From assembly GCA_951406725.2 (NCBI GenBank), contig OX597825.1, positions 61,690,001-61,754,000 on the forward strand: DNA of 64,000 bases, written 5' to 3'. A model generated the notes under the pieces. It saw nothing but the letters and a program-made list of their open reading frames with translations, had not been told where the DNA came from and did not search any database. The translations under genes were made by a program, and so were the position numbers. The stretch comes from Octopus vulgaris (taxonomy: Eukaryota). Below are positions 12,778-26,059 of this stretch, piece by piece (the stretch's first letter is position 1; every line of letters starts with the position of its first letter).

Positions 12778-12917
12778 ATACATATGTGAGCATGTGTGTG
12801 TGTATATATATACACTTATACAAGAATATACAAATATATATATGTTTGTGCGTGTATATATATATATATGCATGTACATGTACATATATGTATATATCTT
12901 ATCTATCTATCTATCTA

Positions 12918-12951
<34 letters not shown>

Positions 12952-13365
12952 CACATATTCATGTACGTATGCATGCACCCACACTTACACATATATACAT
13001 GTATGCAGACATACATAAATACCTACCTATCTACATATATACATACTTGCATGCATTCATGTATGCATGCATGCACACATGCATACATGTATACATAGAT
13101 CCATACATACATAAACACATACATACATACATATATATAACAGTTTTCTGCATATTTTCTCTCTAGCAAAGTTTGTGCCCGAGAATATATTAAAAGATAC
13201 CCAAGATGTAACAGGACTAAGTTACTGTGAGCTACCACGTTGAGCAAATAGCCATGATAGTATGGCTTTATACATGGATGCTCACATAAGCACAGTGTGA
13301 AAGGAAATATAAATACATGTGACTGTGAAGATATACAGCAACATACAACTCTTCCATACCATATC

Positions 13366-13382
13366 ATAATAATAACAACAAC

Positions 13383-13449
<67 letters not shown>

Positions 13450-13462
13450 TTAATAATAATAA
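13366..13462. repeat. (AAT)n microsatellite
   Basis: Direct reading. Confidence 0.95.
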
Positions 13463-14600
13463 TATTCCAGGGAGACATGCTCTCTCCACACTTTTCTGCT
13501 TGGCACTGACACCATTATCTGACATGCTAAACTGAACTGGATGTGGATGACCTAAAACTGTGTACTACAAAGGATAAACAGCTGGAACATTACTACAGAC
13601 AGTACATGGATTAACCAAAGAAATAAACATGAAATTTGGCTTAGAAAAAATGTGCCAAAGCAACCTTGAATCGAGGAAAACTAGTTAAGAGTAGCAACAT
13701 CACACTAGATAAAACCAATGAAATAAAAGAATTAGACCAAAGCCAGACATTACAAATATTTAGGAATCCATGAACTAGATATGATACAACACACACAAAT
13801 GAAAGATAAAATTTAAAAAAAGGATACTTTAGATGAGTTAGATTAATACTGAAAACAGAGCTCAATGCAAAAAACAAGATAATAGGTATCAACACTCTAG
13901 CTGTCCCAGTTATAAGTTACAGCTACAATATCCTTAACTGGACACTAAATAAACTTATCAAAATTGATAAGAAAACAAGAAAAATAATGACAGGATCAAG
14001 AATGCACCACCCAAAATCTGACAGAAAGGTTATATATACAACGTATAGAAGGTGGTAGAGGCCTTATGCAGCTAGAAAACAATAACAAATTAACCACCAT
14101 AGGACTGCAAAATTACCTACTTCAGAAGCAAGGAAAACTAATACAAATAGCCACAAAACATGAACAAAACAAAAAACTCAGTCTTTAAGGAAGCTGACAA
14201 ATACAAACAAGAAATCATGCTACCTAACAAATATGAAAAAGAAGAAGAAGAAGATGAAGAAATAACAAAAGTTGTAAAACAAATGAAATCCAAACTAAAA
14301 CTGGAACAGCAACAGACCATGATAAAATGATGGCAAGAAAAGCCCCTCATGTGAAATACTGGGCTAAACTAAATGCAAAAGTAATAGACAAAGCAAAATC
14401 TCAGCAATGGCTGAGAAGCTTAGGACTCAAAGCAGAGACTTAAGGATTTTTAATTGCAGAACAAGACCAAAGCCTCCCCACCATAAATTACCAAAAACAT
14501 ACAATCAAAGGAAACATAAGTAACTGTGGAGATGGACAGGAAACAATAAATCATATTGTCTCTGACTGCCCAATCCTGGCTAACAAGAAATAGCTTTCAT
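13462..14600 (+). mobile_element. Decayed R4/Dong-clade non-LTR retrotransposon (RT to CCHC region)
   Basis: Motifs IFQGDMLSP, DDLKL, LNAKNKIIGINTLAVPVISYSYNILNW...DKKTRKIMT...HHPKSD...EGGRGL, WQEKPLH, EQDQSLPT and QETINHIVSDCP. Frameshifts and stops are present. Confidence 0.88.
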
Positions 14601-14731
14601 AGTATTATAAAAGTGGTGTAAAGGTTACATGTTTTTCTTGGCCAAAATATAGTTAGTTGGTAGATTACTAAAGAAGCATTTCACCAATCTAAGTCATGTA
14701 TATCAAATAGGTATGCTGAAATCCTCACAGA

Positions 14732-14908
14732 ATCATCATCATTGTTTAACATCTGCTTTCCATGCTAGCATGGGTTGGATGATTTGACTGAGGATTGGTG
14801 AACCAGATGGCTGCACCAGGCTCCAATCTGATCTAGCAGAGTTTCTACAGCTGGATGTCCTTCCTAATACCGACCACTCCAAGTGTGTAGTGGGTGCTTT
14901 TACATGCT
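14732..14908 (-). mobile_element. Family D element, 5'-truncated
   Basis: Co-linear with the 3' part of 11143-11630. Confidence 0.85.
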
Positions 14909-15579
14909 GAATAACAATAATTTTAAGAGGTGTGTGTATAATCATATTTACAGGATACCCTGTCAAATTTGTCATTATCAACCACAATCTCATCAGTGTC
15001 AACCTCAAATTCATCATCATCAGCAGCATGCACCAGTTCTGTTATCTTCTGCTGTTGTCTGTCTCAATTTTATCATCATTGACATAAATGTCATCACTAA
15101 AGGATGGAACAAATTATTTTATGAGCAGACATTGACATTAGTAATTACTTGTCATAGAATTTTAGAAGAAATCAAGCATTGAAACGCATTAAGGGAAACA
15201 GTTTTATATAAAAAAGATTGTCATACCTTACATTACCATAAATAAACATACATTTCTTAAATATAATACAGAATAAATCTACGATATTACTAAGACAAAA
15301 GAGTCTTCTATGTATAATTACACACCTATATTTATATTTTCTAACTTTCATAATTAATTCATTAAGATCCAGTACAATCATCTTCAGTTACCAAATTTTT
15401 GAACAAGGCCAGTAATTTTTAGAGGATTTATTTTTTGACCCCAAAAAGGATGAAAGAACAAAGTTGGTTTCAGCTGAATTTATATTCAGAATATAATGAA
15501 CTGGAAGAAATATCACAAAGATATTAACAGTTCTGCCAGTCCTGCCACCTATATTCAAGTATTGATTAATCGCATGCAT

Positions 15580-15769
15580 TTGGCACGTAAAAAGCACCCA
15601 CTACACTCTCGGAGTGGTTGGCGTTAGGAAGGGCATCCAGCTGTAGAAACTTTGCCAGATAAGACCGGAGCTTCGTGCAGCCTTCTGGCTTCCCAGATCC
15701 CCGGTCGAACCGTCCAACCCATGCTAGCATGGAGAACAGATGTTAAACGATGATGATGATGATGATGAT
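15580..15769 (+). mobile_element. Family D element, 5'-truncated
   Basis: GGTTGGCGTTAGGAAGGGCATCCAGC...CCAACCCATGCTAGCATGG...(GAT)n. Confidence 0.88.
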
Positions 15770-16117
15770 TTATATTTGTAAATGTGTATATAAATCAACA
15801 CTGAGAAATTTTCTTTGTAGATAATGTGGGGGAAAAACAATGTATGTATTTCTTTTGTTAAGATTATGTCTACAGATTTTCTACAGAAATTACAGCCAGC
15901 ACTGATTTGCTACAATGTTTCATATCTGAGTATGCCTAATGTAAACATCAATGAGATTGAAGATTCAAAATGGTTACAGAGTGTATATGCCATACTTCAG
16001 GAGTTCTTGCTCCTTCATCAGTGTCATATCCAAACTGCAAACCAACCACTGACTCATTGCTCAAATAGCCATTTTTAGACATTTATATATACACAAATGG
16101 AAATTGTAGTTAAGATA

Positions 16118-16410
16118 CCCCTGCCAGTGGCACGTAAAAAACACCGTCCGAATGTGGCTGATACCAGTGCCACCTCACTGGCATCTGTGTCAGTGATACG
16201 TAACAAGCACCAACTGATTGTGGCCATTTGCCAGCCTCCTCTGGCCCCTGTGCCGGTGGCATGTAAAAAGCACCCGCTACACTCACAGAGTGGTTGGCAT
16301 TAGGAATGGCATCCAGCTGTAGAAACACTGCCAGATCAGACTGGAGCCTGGTGCAGCCTCCTAACCCATGCTAGCATGGAAAACGGCCGTTAAACGATGA
16401 TGATGATGAT
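16118..16410 (+). mobile_element. Family D element
   Basis: Same motifs and (GAT)n tail as the other D copies. Confidence 0.85.
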
Positions 16411-16411
16411 A

Positions 16412-16975
16412 GAGAGACCCTTTATGCAGCAGCTAAACAACCATAAGCTCTCTTTGAGAATCTCAGAGAAGTTCAGCTTTACATCTTTGTATAACTACAC
16501 ATCACATTTTAAAAAGGGGATATGCCATACACATAAATGAAAGCTCCTGGAACAACCTGAACCATACCTCAACAGGGGCAGCCAATGCAAATTTTGCTTG
16601 GCTGAGAGGGAAAGGATTTTCTTGATCTGGGAAGGGGGTCTTTCTTAAACTCCAGAAGTGAGGTGTTAAGTCGCTACCCTCATGAGTAAAAATTCACATT
16701 AGGGACATAAAATTCCCCACTGGCTGACTGGCGAGCAGAAATTGGGCACCTGTTTAAGATGTGATTGGAATTGGTCAAAGCAAGATAACTTCATCATGCC
16801 TAGAAAAGATGTTGCTTAGACGAATTTCGTTTTAGAGGATTTTTTCACAAACATGACTGACCGGAATATATTCTTACCTCCAGTAGTAGAGAGATTTGCA
16901 GATACGAGAAGTTACCTATATTGCTAAGAGCATGATAGGTACAAAATAAATGGTAACTCCCTAACTGGCCAATAC
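16412..16975 (+). mobile_element. Penelope-like element 3' fragment (GIY-YIG C-terminus plus 3' non-coding end)
   Basis: Translates to PFMQQLNNHKLSL...QCKFCLAERERI...FLNSRSEVLSRYPHE*KFTLG. Homologous to the minus strand of 24350-24930, including ATGCTCTTAGCAATATA. Confidence 0.75.
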
Positions 16976-17991
16976 CAACAACTACATTATATATATGTAT
17001 ATATGAGTGTGTATGTGTGTGTATGTGTGTGTGAGTGTGTGTGTACACGCGATGGTTTTTCTACAGCTTTTGTCTTTCAAATTCCCTCACATGGCATTGG
17101 TTAGCTTGGAGCAATAGAAGAATACCATAGGTGTTGCATAGAGAGTGACGGAATCTGAAACCACATGGCTGTGAAATGAACTTTTTACGTAAACAGCCAT
17201 TTATGCATGTACCCCATTCATACATGTCTGAGTGTGTTTATGCCCAGCTGAATAACAAAGAAATATATATGTATTGAGTGCATTTAGTGTGTCAGTTTAA
17301 AGACATGAAGTAAATAAATTCTTGAAAAAAAGCAAAACCAGGAATTAAGTCTGTGACTAGAATTGGTATTCAGTGTGGCTGTTTTTGAACAACACTCAGT
17401 GCTACACTAAAAGAAAACGATTCTTTGTAGCCTGTCATTATTTTTGGATTGAAATATCTCGCTAATCTTAGGAATATTGTCACGTGGTATTCTTGAAACT
17501 ACTGGGAGAGGAATATGAAATTTAAAGACAAAAGTATAATACAAAGTATTTAAGGAAGTGAGTTATACAAAATGAAATAGCTAATGTTAAAAGAGGAAAC
17601 AACAAAGAATAAAATAAAGAATTTGACAATAAAACAAAAGTGAATTTCTCACTTCTTTTATCTACCTTCCTCCATTTTCTTTTAGTTAGTTTTTTTTTTT
17701 TTTTTTTTTTAGTTATTAAGTCTTTCTAGCAAAATTTCTATCTGGTTTTTCTTTCTATGACACTGCATTTCATTCTCTTTAAAATTAATCTGTTGCTTTG
17801 TCTCCGTCTGTTTGCCTGTTGATTCAGTCTGTTCTCTTCGTCTCTCTCTCTCACTCTCTCTCTCTCCATCTGTTTTTCTTTTTTTACTCGCCTCATCTAC
17901 TTGTCGCCACTCTTCCTACACTTTTGATCTCTGTCACAATACATCTGCAAAAATCTTTCTCATACACAATTTTTGTCTCTTACTCTACTTG

Positions 17992-18034
<43 letters not shown>

Positions 18035-18039
18035 CTCTA

Positions 18040-18096
<57 letters not shown>

Positions 18097-19064
18097 GTTT
18101 GTCTGTCAATGTATTATTTATCTATCCATCCTTCTCTCTATGTGTTCACATATATACATATTTATACCTGGGCCCAAGGAACTAGGTGTCTGTAAGAAGC
18201 CTAGGATATTTTAAGTCACATGAGGATAAATCAAACTATTTTAAATGGCAACAACAACAATAATAATATATACACATATATATTATTAATGTGTGTGTCA
18301 GTGTGTCCTTTCTTTTCATTCTTCCTCTTCCTTTATCTTCCCACCTGGTGGCACACCATCTTTTAATCACCATCATTATGAATCTCAACGTTTTGGAATA
18401 GTCCTCTCTTCCTCACCTCCTCTCTTATCACTCTCTCTTAGTTATCTTTCCTCATGCACTCCTACTCCCACTGCCTTTCACTGTCTTATTTCTCCTCCCC
18501 CTCAACCTTCCCTTCTCTTCCTCCTCCTCCTTATGCAATATTACACACAAACACATATAAACTCTCAAATTCTCTCTTGCTTTCCCTCTCTCTCATTTGC
18601 AGCCATTCTCTGCCTTCCTCTCTTTCGCATTCACCTAACAATGACATTGTACCACTGAGTTATTCCAATTCAGTTGAGATAGCATATGGTCTTCTTTAAT
18701 TTTCCAATAATGCTATTATATGCTTCACCAGTCTCTAGATCGATATTTGGAAGAAAAACAATTCTTACTACATCATTCTATTTCCTCTTGGCCACGTGAT
18801 CATACACAGCCATGAATAATGTTCAAATAGAGGTACTGGATTTAAATCTTGACAATTTCAGGACATTCAAATAAAAAATAAATAAATAAATAAATTGTAC
18901 AAAAAAATAACAAAAACAAAGAAAAAACAAAAACAAAAAACAATACACACACAAAACAAAATAGAATCAAAAATATAAATGAGGAAAGGCAAAAAAATAT
19001 TCAATTTTCGCATGTAAACGAAGATACAGATAGAATATGATTGGGCAGCAATAAGCTCGCAAAT

Positions 19065-19066
19065 CT

Positions 19067-19097
<31 letters not shown>

Positions 19098-19191
19098 TAA
19101 TAATAATAAATAAAAATAATAATAATAATAAAAATAATAATAATAGTAATCATAGTAATGACAATCATCATCATCAATGATATTATCACTA

Positions 19192-19232
<41 letters not shown>

Positions 19233-19458
19233 GTGGTAGTGGTGGTGGCAGTAGTAGTAGTAGTATCAGTTTTAATGTTTTTATTGTTATTGTTATTATT
19301 ATTATTGCTGTTGTTGTTGTTGTTGTTGTTGTTTTTGTCGTCACCATCATTATCATCTTATTATTTACTGCATAAAATTATTTCAGGATTTACGATCAAA
19401 ATAGCTCCTATTTATTCCACAAGAAAATCACTGCTGCTTCTGCTGCTGCTGCTACTAT

Positions 19459-19493
<35 letters not shown>

Positions 19494-19509
19494 ATACTAC
19501 TACTACTAT

Positions 19510-19551
<42 letters not shown>

Positions 19552-19618
19552 CACCACCACTACTGCTATTACTACTACTACTACTACTACTACTACCACT
19601 ACTACTACTACTACCACC

Positions 19619-19693
<75 letters not shown>

Positions 19694-19885
19694 GCACAGT
19701 CACAATCATCATCATTATTATTAGTATTATAATTGTTGTTATTATCACTATTATTATTATTACTATTATTATTATTATTATTATTACCATTATTATTATT
19801 ACTATTATCAGCTTACAATCCTCCTCCTCCTCCTCCTCCTCCTCCTCCTCCTCCTCCTCCTCCTCATCATCATCATCATCATATT
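19065..19885. repeat. Compound trinucleotide microsatellite (AAT/ATT/GTT/CTA/CCA/CCT/CAT)
   Basis: Direct reading. Confidence 0.95.
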
Positions 19886-20409
19886 CATTATTATTGCTTC
19901 GGTTGTTGTTGAATTTATTGTTGACTTAACCATTATCATTGTATTTTCCCTCCTTTTTTTTATTTGTATGTTTTACTATGTTTCTTTTGTATTTTTTTTT
20001 TTGTTTTTTTACATTTCCATGGAAATGCATAGAAATGAGGTAAACTTCAAAAGAATTCCATTGAAGCTAAGATGTTAGGAGGGAAACAGAAGCATTAAGC
20101 TGTTAATGTTAGAGGTCACGTGACAAGCTTTCTTATGAGTTTCTAACGATGTAATTTTTGAGTAAAATATAATAAAATAAACACTAACCAAATATGGCAG
20201 CATTTGGCATATTAGATTGGGAAATTACATTTAAGCTTAACAAAAATTAGTTTAATAGGAAGAAAAAAAAAATTAGCAATGGCAGTAGCAACGATGAGGT
20301 TGGTGGTGGTGGTGGTGGTAGTAATTATTAGAACAACAGCAGAAAAAAAAGTGCATCCAATAGTAAGCAAAAAGGTATCGAAAACTGATTATTGTAGCAG
20401 CAGCAACAG

Positions 20410-20417
20410 TACCATTG

Positions 20418-20448
<31 letters not shown>

Positions 20449-20597
20449 AGATGATGGTGGGGGTGGGGTAACAGTATTGTAAAAGTAGTAGTAGTAGTAG
20501 TTATAAGAAAATAAAATAGAAAAATAAGTGCATTTAATAGTAAGCAAAAGCAAAAGTCAAAAGCAGATTGTAATGGCAGCCAATATAGCAGTAGTAT

Positions 20598-20649
<52 letters not shown>

Positions 20650-20742
20650 GGTGGTGGTGGATGTAGTGGTGGTGGTGGTGGTGGATGTAGTAGTGGTGGT
20701 GGTGGTGGTGGTAGTAGTGGTGATTGTGGTGGTGGTGGTGGT

Positions 20743-20773
<31 letters not shown>

Positions 20774-20774
20774 T

Positions 20775-20805
<31 letters not shown>

Positions 20806-20818
20806 TGCAGCAGCAGTG
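20410..20818. repeat. Compound (GTA)n/(GTG)n/(GCA)n microsatellite
   Basis: Direct reading. Confidence 0.93.
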
Positions 20819-21167
20819 CTACACATAATTAAAAGGATAGTAATAAAAAGAATAAAAAAATCACATAGAAGCTTCAATAGTTCTGATTTTTTCATAAGAA
20901 TTTCAAAAGAGAATTGTATACATGGTCAATGCAATTGATACCAGTGATATCACTGGTGTTTTTCTTTTCTTATTTTCTTTGTTTACCTTCAGATATCTTT
21001 ATCTGTTATATTTTTTTTATCATGCTTTTTCTGGAAAATAGTTTTGTTGATATTAGTTTAATGAAAAACCAATCACAAATTCATTGTATTTTTACTGCCG
21101 AGGATAAAAACTACAAACCGTTTTGTTTGATTATATTGTTTTCATTGCTAATATACATGATTAGCTC

Positions 21168-21322
21168 ATTACTTACATCATTTACATTATTTACATTCGA
21201 CGGCTATTTGTCCTCATCTTGTTTGTTGTTAACACAATGTTTCAGCTGATATACCCTTCAGCCTTCATCAAGTGTCTTGGGGAAATTTCGAACCTGGGTT
21301 CTCAAATTTCCCCAAGACACCT
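21168..21322 (-). mobile_element. PLE-type mini-element with decayed hammerhead and inverted 5' end
   Basis: Reverse-complement homolog of 27455-27635. Minus strand reads ACAC-tTGATGA-A-GGCTGA..TCAGCT-GAAAC-ATT-GTGT. Confidence 0.7.
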
Positions 21323-24038
21323 CATGACATATATGTTGAAAAAATCGATAATACTGCCCCTGGTAGAGACCTTTATATCTACCTCGTATAACTAATTTTT
21401 AAACACCCAAGGGAAATAACCCATTTCATTGTTTATGTTCGATTACCTTGAATATTGATTTCTTTGTGTATCCTATTTCTAATTTTTGCAGACAATGTCA
21501 CTTTTATACTTTACTTGACATGTGAGTATAAATCATGTCTGGAAACCTCGTGACATACGTAGATTGTTGAAAAAAATTGATAATAGGACCCTTCCAATGG
21601 ATCTTTCTATCTACTACATATTACTAATATTTTATTTAAACAACCCAAGAGAAATAACCCATGCAACCTGCAGATTTTAGCAAAGCGATCAATATTTGAT
21701 TCTCACGATCAGCCGACCAAATTTTGCATTTCACTACTCACAGTTCTGAACTACCTTAATTTGAACTTCCTTAATTTGAATCTTAAACATTAAAGACATC
21801 ATTCATACATTTATATACATATATAGTTTTTTGAATGCCCATTACTCCGATAATTCTGCATTTTTACATTTACACTTTTTCTATGACAATAGATAAATTT
21901 TTTTTATTCCCCAAATTATTTGCAGTGGCTTCATGCAGGCATAGTGTGGATTTGACCCTCGATTGCCAAATTTTACTTAACACTTCAACAGTGCTTTACT
22001 CATGGTAAAACAATAGTTTTTCTGTGAATGTTATACATTATACATTTCCCAGATGCTTTCGCTAAGCAGAATAATGTCTTTGCTTCTCGACAACTGACCT
22101 AAGTTCTGAGGTCGGTTTGCTCGACTGAAGGTGGTGATTCAGCATGGCCACAGTCAAATGACTGAAACAAGTAAAAGAGTAAAGGAGATTGGTTCAGAAA
22201 TCGGTTTTTTAAGAATTTTTTGAAATTTGACAGCAAAAAAATATTTTTTAGCTTTCATGATAAAATATTATTCCATATGTTAATACTGTTATAAATAAAG
22301 ATTTCCTGACAAATTAATACTCGACAAAAGGGCATTTCAAAATTCAAATCAGGGATCCTCTCACAAGTCTATAGTAGAAAGGTCTTCCCAAAGGTGCCAT
22401 GCAATGAGACTGAACATGGTGGGGAAGTTAACTTTTTAACATGTACTTACTACTGGTAAAAACTGTTAATTCAAATTTATTCACCAATTTATAGATTTGT
22501 GCATTAATCCCTGGGCATGACAATAATTGAGTTCTGAGCTCGATTGAGAAAATTGTGGGTTGTCTGTTCCATTATTTAATTAACTATATCACTTTAAACT
22601 TGATTAATAAATATTATATAAATATATATATATATATATGCATATATATATATGCATATATATGTATATATATGTGTATATACATATGCATGTATGGGTA
22701 TGGTACAGGATGTCACAAAACGTAAACAACATGAAATACGAAAATAATGTTGGGTATTCAAACAACAAAAGAAACAAATGGAAAACAAGACAAGTAACAT
22801 ATATATATATATCATATTATATTACATATACATATATATATACACACGCACACATACATACATATAGAGAGAGAAAGTGAGAGAATTTACTATCTTCCTT
22901 TCTCTCCCCTGAATTGTTGTTTACAGCATGGGGGTCACAGGGTGTTATTCACAGCATCTATTTGTTTTAAAATAGAAGAGGTTTTCAGAAGTGTTAGAAA
23001 TATGTTTTAGAAAGGAAAAAATAAAACATCTTTTCATGATACAGGGACTGTCGAAAGATGGACTGATGTGTAGTATAGCATAGCATGAAAATAAGAATTT
23101 CATTAGTGCTATTGTATTGTTACATGACCAAAGTCTGGACATTTGTATTTATTTGTGCTACTTTCCTGGCAACATGATCTATTAAAATATCCCTACTGTT
23201 TCTCATTTAAAGAATTTGTAAGATAAAAACAATATTTGGTGGGGTTTTTTTCTTTGTTATAATATTAAGACATTGCTAGTGGAAGGTGTCATGCACTTCA
23301 ACCAATCAAATAACAACAATGGATAAATAATAGGAAGACAAGTCAGCTAAAGAGTCACAATAATCCTCCAAGTCTCCATAGATTTCACTGTTAAAAGCTA
23401 GGATTAGCAAGAATAGATTTCTCGTATGAGAAGCAGATATGTAATTCTTCAAAATTCTATAGAATTGCCATTTCATACTTGAGAATATCTTGATCGCATT
23501 CAAGGCTGGAAAATACTCTGGAGATAACTAAATCTAATGGGTGAAGATACTGGTCGATGCAATTTACTGTCAAGTGTTGGGATTATAGAAGATTTAAAAT
23601 GTTTAGATGAACATTTTAATGGAAACATAGACTAATTAGAACGTACATTTTGACATGCATGTTGGCTGAGATTGTGCACACAATATCTCTTTTCATCTGC
23701 ATCAATTATTTCATCCTTCATTTCTTTTTGTTATTGTTAGCATATGAAGTTTAGTACAATATGTAATACTTTCACTCTGTCTTCCTTAACAGTAATTTGA
23801 AATTTAGCTACTTCTCAAATTCCATTGACATCACATAATTTTGTTTTCGAAAATTGACTTTGGATTGGTTGCATGGTTAATAAGTTAATTTCATAACTGT
23901 GGGATTCATTCTGAACAAGTGGATTCAGACATTGCTTAAAAATGTGAACCAAACTTTGTGATTCAAATGTAGTAGAGAGAAAGTGTATGGAAGGCTGTTG
24001 TATTTATTTACACTCAAATAAATACATATGTTTATATA

Positions 24039-24245
24039 TGAAGAAACGCTGAAAGTTCCTGGCTTTAAGGGTATCGTGAAAGGTCTTGTTGGAGGCCTGA
24101 CCTTCCAAGTTCTTTTACAAAAATTGGAGGATTGCTGCAATAAGTGCATAAATCTGAAAGGGGAATATATTGAATAAAATTATAATTAATTGAACCTCCT
24201 GTATTTTCTTTTTTCAAAACCCAGGAGCTTTCCTACATCCCCTCG
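24039..24245 (+). mobile_element. Mariner-derived MITE carrying the transposase C-terminus
   Basis: TA-flanked TIRs. 24121-24177 translates KLEDCCNKCINLKGEYIE*, the typical mariner ending (..KC....G.Y.E*). Confidence 0.85.
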
Positions 24246-24349
24246 TATATATATATATATATATAATTGATCAGTTGTGCATAAATTAGAAATAAAGCAC
24301 ACTCTAAAAATTTATTCTGACAAACTATAATTAATGTAGTCTTTGATTA

Positions 24350-25450
24350 TAACTAGTCAGGAAGTTACCATTGGTTTCATGTATATTATGCTCTTAGCAA
24401 TATAAGCAATTCATTAGAGTTGCTGGCTAGAAGTACATAACCACGTTACTACTGGAAGAATGAATACAGTCTTGGTCTATCAGGATTGTGAAAAAAAAAA
24501 TACTTCGAGGACGAAACTCCATCTGAGTGAGATGGAGTTATCTCTTCTTGAGTGGTTCAACTTGTATCCAAAAAGGGTAAGTTTATGTACGATTTCCATT
24601 TGCTGATCAGTCATTGAGAAATTCCCTGTCCCTAACACGAATTTTCTCTCGTGAGGACACCAGCTGAACATCTCACTTTTGGAATTTAATAAAAACCCCA
24701 GGTCAAGTTAATTAATTAGGACCCTTGCTCTCTTGACCAAATAAAATTTGCATCGTCTGCTCCCATGGTGGTATGGTCTAGGTTATACCAAGAGCTTTCA
24801 TTTAATCCTGCATGGCATAATATCATCTTTTAAACACCATATGTTGTTTTCTAAAGATATTACGTTGCACATCTCTAGGATTCTAAAAGTGGACTTGTAG
24901 TTATTTAATTCTAATTAAAGGAGCTATCCATAGCTCCAACATATATCCTTGCGTTATTGGTGTGGCTGATATTGCTATTGTTATCATTATCGCTTTCATC
25001 GTTGCTGTTACTGTTGGGTACGTTGCTGGTGCTGATACTGTTGTTGTTTCTGCTGCTGCTGCTACTATTGCTGTTGTTGCCACTAGTACTGCCAGAAGCG
25101 TTGTTAGTGCTGCCATTATCGCTGTTGTTGCTGTTATCACTGTCATTGCTGTCGTTACTGGCGAGCACCACCTCAGCCTCAAAAACCACGGCCTTGGAGT
25201 TGCATCGATCATTCACTGGGCATTCACTTTGAACCCTTACATGACTATCCTACTTTTATGCAGGGTTCAGATGTTTGCTAAAATGTTTTAAACACTGGGA
25301 ATACAGCTGAAAGAAACACTTAGGTTGTGATTATTAACTAATATTCTGTACCTGTAAAATGGCTAATGTACTAATCTAAGGCAGGTCCTTACCATGCATG
25401 TCTTGACATTGTGTGAGAAGGGTAGGTTAAACCAAATGACCTTATGGTTG
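24350..25450 (-). mobile_element. Penelope-like element remnant (linker, Cys motif, GIY-YIG endonuclease, 3' end)
   Basis: Minus-strand peptides WFNLPFSHNVKT, VSFSCIP, ECPVNDRCNSKAVVFEAEV...IYVG, LNNYKSTF, IWCLK, PYHHGSRRCKF and LLNSKSEMFSWCPHERKF occur in the canonical PLE order. Confidence 0.85.
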
Positions 25451-25943
25451 TGTTTTCTTTTTTGGGTGTTATGTCGTGTCAGAATGGAGATGCAGTCCTA
25501 AACCTGCACTTAAATCAAAAGTAAACGGAAAAAGGTGGTAAGAATGTTATATAATGATTGAGTGTCACAAAAGTAACAGAAGAAACATGAACCATCTCTG
25601 CAAAATAGCAGATGCAAAATTAACACTACATAATATACTGCAGGCAGTCTAGTTGATGAGTCTAGCAAAGTTCCTGATCTTGATAACAATGCAACACAAA
25701 CAATAAACTCTACCATTGGAATAGTCACAGGGAGAGGGAAAGAACAAAGAATTCAGTAGAAGCTAATCTCTTTCCTGCTGAAACAGTTGTAAACTGTGGA
25801 AGAATTAGCCCAAAGAAATCTTACTTAACAAATAGTTTATCTAAAAGTTTCCTATTTATTTATTTGCGTTGTGATGTTTAGAATCTAAAGAAACGAAACT
25901 CTGAATAATCTTTTGATTCCCATACATAGTCTGGTTGACCAAA

Positions 25944-26059
<116 letters not shown>

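Noticed and set aside
16872-16990. Minus-strand exon with a strong GAG|GTAAGA donor
   Set aside because: The sequence is the non-coding end of a Penelope-like repeat also present at about 24350-24480.
23300-23600. Tc1/mariner transposase remnant
   Set aside because: Only a vague SPD..PLD-like resemblance; too decayed to support.
24505-24541. GGACGAAAC plus hairpin as a hammerhead
   Set aside because: No CUGANGA at a compatible position in either copy.
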